64,000 nucleotides of DNA. It comes from Methanobacteriota archaeon. GTDB taxonomy: Archaea > JAADCQ01 > Methanopyri > Methanopyrales > Methanopyraceae. The notes below the pieces were generated by a model that saw only the letters and a program-made list of their open reading frames with translations, made no database searches and was not told the origin of the DNA. A program made the position numbers and the translations under genes. The stretch spans positions 160,001-224,000 of the forward strand of contig JAMOPO010000015.1 of NCBI GenBank assembly GCA_027064425.1, given 5' to 3'. Positions 62,801 to 64,000 of this stretch are shown here, piece by piece (position 1 is the stretch's first letter; the number at the start of each line of letters is the position of its first letter).

Positions 62801-63174
62801 AGGCGTCGGTGAGGGCGCCGGTCCGGTCCCTCGCAACCGCCGTCCGGGGTACCGGAGGGGGAGCCTCGATCTCGACCGTGGGTGCGGCGCTCAAGTCGGT
62901 CGGGGCCGGTTCCGAGCGCGCTGGGGGCGGGAAGTCCGGGGCGTCGGTGAGGGCGGTTCAGGCGGGCGCCGCGTCTCGCGGCGGTGCGTCCGCGCCGGCT
63001 CAGGCTCGGGCTCGGTCGGCTCGGGTCATGGTGAGGTCCTCGCCGGCGACCCCGGCCTCCCAAGCGCCACGCTGGGTCCTTTACGCGCTCATTGCGGCCC
63101 TGCTGATGTCGGTGCTGGCGGTAAGCGTGGGGTACTCCCGGAGGGCTGGGATGTCAAGGACTCCAGGGTGGTAA
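56803..63174 (+). CDS. CobN/Mg-chelatase subunit H family protein, surface-anchored, with OB-fold insertion
   Basis: LRLKPNAEKRVV, FGNVLVAPQP, GKHGTYEWLP, AKRRG, LPTGRN, FRDVF, GYSGA motifs; signal peptide, Ala/Pro/Thr/Ser linker, C-terminal TM. Confidence 0.85.
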   Translation: MMKDVRRLALPLALLLVHLPVQTEASPLQDSPHHLVVVTGYWSLGLPAAKAASGLPVTVVVEDAVSHGFVSPDAVKEAILRADTILLVHTRSNPILGTILANLPAGKRVFVYNNVLPKPQDARNLADVTVEWEGVTIPLSLYVQSRSERNLRSLFEYLLTGRPGPFHPFDGWVEGYDYERDEIVRPEDPGPEELREALSRYGSAPVYLGDRAYPRWFVELLKSRLPDLIREVLSHEPRRDGPAVLIVCDSTALECGWTAPLRELCRALVKRGLAPLVLALHYDLLDGDLEDVLRALRETVRRLNVQAVIFLAGFFRMRSPDSPEVKLLEELGVPVVKAIRLGHTMTEWQAYWRMPSGMDWSALYHIVIPENLGLIEGIPISVREWRTDGPRTLLGGVWRADVPVPPMVELLASRVAAWVKLRLKPNAEKRVVILYWAAEPGKEGVGVASSLDVSASIVNFLAWLLARGYRVEIPRELAEYLRRFADEVPRDSELYRALKSGSIEEVVRAIRGTLLEINRLEVEAEELAEKGGWRRALELYARAYRLMRPLADALGRLMVEEGSNIGAYILRRVRAEDGRLVLELLAYENGRFVRREWEVRYVHLLPLDEYLRWYRTLPEEARLCVEKGIFGYLEALLRFVKRYGPVVDSLKLRALTNGLRSLVAYVEGHLQYLQLSDRERREFLGDLRSLVEDVVSALTDPNRVDEALHRCEELHRKWSRVEALYGWFTGWGPPERSRYLVEIDGKKYFVIRGIRFGNVLVAPQPARGYYVGISVAYHSTILPPCHYYLACYYYFTRVFRADVIVNTGKHGTYEWLPYKPLFMSWWDFPQICIQDVPQVYPYYVADPSEALVAKRRGWAVLVNYLPESLARCELEDEWGELLELLREYLSSGLSVYRARILELVKKTRAYELLNLSSLEEFERDFDGNCARLYFLLHDLEEHEVVPVGLHVFGMPPLGEDPVETLASFAAKILVNETLGALDYPRALELCREVIERPEARESDELHREAARVVELLFQSARLERENFLRALEGRYVPPGYASSPFKEIDALPTGRNSCMFDPRKWPDWISINPAYAVAIPLRLVAKKVVAFDWATDNINTRALPIAVQMLLLGVLPRRNSEGVVVGVDPCAPLRPNAVAGTRRYGQVLITGRLVRMDLLGSGTVRLVVAPPGGGTEIEVRAPLDSLPFPLFVGDHVTILGTLVPPERRVELLDAEVLRSYEGGYLTPTELAAVGSVASGPVVVKGTVKEVSGNFLVVTDGTTDVRCCVAGPVRVRPGETVFVRGRPLIQEEPPIVSATLVLRGRLTRITDVIVLGTSCFRDVFAHNILAELFLGRAAAILAAEPYLAAELGVPSLVGARVKGANVPGLVLERLREIVGRLRQGRWENPLHETVLRVYEAALDLASSMGRERLARLLWEGLKSLYAQVQEACSQQGLSFDSVLSTARELAYLAPPSENYAFLDWAAVYLALLACREREVSAPLRAWVEQVRRIPEADYPLLAAIDVFCQAPGDYTNVIGKTIESGAFLLEERVKLALTWISAMSYLYGPRYWGVSVPLLLALNLAVPDHTLHTMVSSDEKATFFYDDCIYAFEGGMRLAVEAVNGLAPEQEPEIGMLVLNLRHAALGTYTGGDYSRTVYRLAHVAELIARANPSLAPWLRDLASSLAAGNLMAAMIASNLTLLMQPSTEAELRALRGDLTAAYRYALLMPFQSYAWYDLMRTVFNPLYLRGKRFHGYSGAVDLLKRLDFLITGWSTLTPGLLGWNGIFRRVARVLVENRSWLARYAPESLLSVSVKLLVIAFDRARYGLVSGELLRSPEFVQLVREVIVPELLEGELCCCPAVCGNPTIQERFLQALAAYESIIPQVRPAIAVFTTNYVGRPIPGRTANVTTAPGAAPAPTTVGPTPASSLAPTAAPATTPAVSPAALPAPSPAPRRVLNAQAPSATTAPVSTSTSGTPATSGTRSIASTAAAPSASAPVSPMTGARTAVRVARAVAAVAEASVRAPVRSLATAVRGTGGGASISTVGAALKSVGAGSERAGGGKSGASVRAVQAGAASRGGASAPAQARARSARVMVRSSPATPASQAPRWVLYALIAALLMSVLAVSVGYSRRAGMSRTPGW

Positions 63175-63663
63175 GGCGGGGGAGTGGAGCCCGGACCGGC
63201 AGTAGTCCCCCGTCAGAGCGAGCAGGGCGAGTGGAATCAGGACGTAATCCCAGTGCCGGGCTGGGATCGGAGTCAGCGCCAGCCGGATCCAGCCCCTTGG
63301 ACCGGGGAAGATTGGCACTCCGCGCGCGGTGAGCATATCTTGGAGCGTGTGGAAGAGCCCACCCAGCAGGACGAGCGCCAGGGTGCGGTGGTGCGTCCAA
63401 GTCGTCAGGGCGCCGAGCAGCCAAGGCCATGGGCAGTGAAGCGCGCCCCTGTGTCGGAAGGTTCTGGACAGCGACTCTCTGACCCGGGCGCGGGTGACGG
63501 CCTCCAAGGACCCTAAAAGCAGCCGAGTTATGAGCGAGTTCGGGTGGTCGAGGTCCGGGAGCAGAGCGCCCACAGCGGTCAGGAGCGCGGGGTAAGGGCC
63601 CAGGAAGTGGCTCACGATCAAGTAGGTGACCAGAACGTGGGTGATCGCTCTCAGCCCTCTCAC
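63154..63663 (-). CDS. YdjM/DUF457-like membrane metal-dependent hydrolase
   Basis: GALLPDLDHP, HRGALH, HTLQDMLT..GVP. Confidence 0.85.
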   Translation of the reverse strand: MRGLRAITHVLVTYLIVSHFLGPYPALLTAVGALLPDLDHPNSLITRLLLGSLEAVTRARVRESLSRTFRHRGALHCPWPWLLGALTTWTHHRTLALVLLGGLFHTLQDMLTARGVPIFPGPRGWIRLALTPIPARHWDYVLIPLALLALTGDYCRSGLHSPALPPWSP

Positions 63664-63673
63664 CCCGCCGCGG

Positions 63674-63731
63674 GATGAGGAGTCAACCTGGCGCGGAAGC
63701 CTTTCGGATGAAGAGGGGAGGGGGTCCCCGA
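63674..63731 (+). ncRNA. C/D box sRNA candidate
   Basis: GATGAGGA..CGGA..GGATGA..CCGA flanked by CCGCGG/CCGCGG. Confidence 0.5.
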
Positions 63732-63734
63732 CCG

Positions 63735-63814
63735 CGGTGTGCCCGGGCCTATCAGCGGGACCCTCATCGGAGCGGGGGCCGCCCCGCCCTCGGGCCCGCC
63801 GGGGCGACCCGGGC
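63735..63814 (-). ncRNA. H/ACA guide sRNA candidate
   Basis: Stem GCCCGGGTC/GGCCCGGGC followed by ACA, K-turn CCGA..GATGA, 14-nt pocket-to-ACA distance. Confidence 0.6.
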
Positions 63815-63858
63815 CCCCTCGGTTGACCCGCGTCCGGGGCGTTGAATCGGTTTCGGAG

Positions 63859-63912
63859 ATGAGGAGGGTGGTGGACGCTGAGAGGGATCGATGACGACCC
63901 TCTCGGCGCCGA
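63859..63912 (+). ncRNA. C/D box sRNA candidate
   Basis: ATGAGGA-12 nt-CTGA..CGATGA-guide-CCGA. Confidence 0.6.
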
Positions 63913-64000
63913 TCACTCCTCCTCGATCACTCCGCGGATGAAGGCCATGGCCGCCCTGCGAAGCAGCTCTCGACCGGCGATGGAGGCCGGGGCCGAGGCG
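63913..64000 (-). CDS. 3' end of a gene running out of the window
   Basis: ...ASIAGRELLRRAAMAFIRGVIEEE* with typical codon usage. Confidence 0.45.
   Translation of the reverse strand, partial: ASAPASIAGRELLRRAAMAFIRGVIEEE

Noticed and set aside
62460-63060. Repeat-like low-complexity DNA
   Set aside because: Explained by the Ala/Pro/Thr/Ser stalk of the CobN-like protein.

Overview
High-GC, very compact archaeal DNA. It is most consistent with a Methanopyrus-type hyperthermophilic methanogen: C8-containing tRNA genes, a doubly intron-interrupted tRNA-Glu, and lineage-specific secreted proteins. Most of the window is housekeeping: topA, argD/dapA/rps17e/aroQ/aroK, the SRP54-ftsY-pfdA-ribosomal protein cluster, ilvE, argB, cbiA, GGR-ferredoxin-pus10, eno, purF, PolD DP2, asd, trpC and priL. 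It also holds four tRNA genes and about a dozen candidate C/D and H/ACA guide sRNAs in the intergenic gaps. The strongest unexplained signal is an AT-rich 24-bp dyad (core ATCGTTA-N9-TAACGAT) 5-10 nt downstream of the CCA end of all four tRNA genes. The 20-27 kb tRNA-rich block also contains a splicing-dead, double-LAGLIDADG intein-derived gene and a catalytically degenerate tyrosine-recombinase-like gene, both candidate binders. Other highlights are a two-hairpin H/ACA RNA predicted to target the 16S rRNA 5' pseudoknot, and a surface-anchored CobN-like chelatase with an OB-fold insertion downstream of a NikR-like operator. All calls were made by eye from the sequence; no searches were run.
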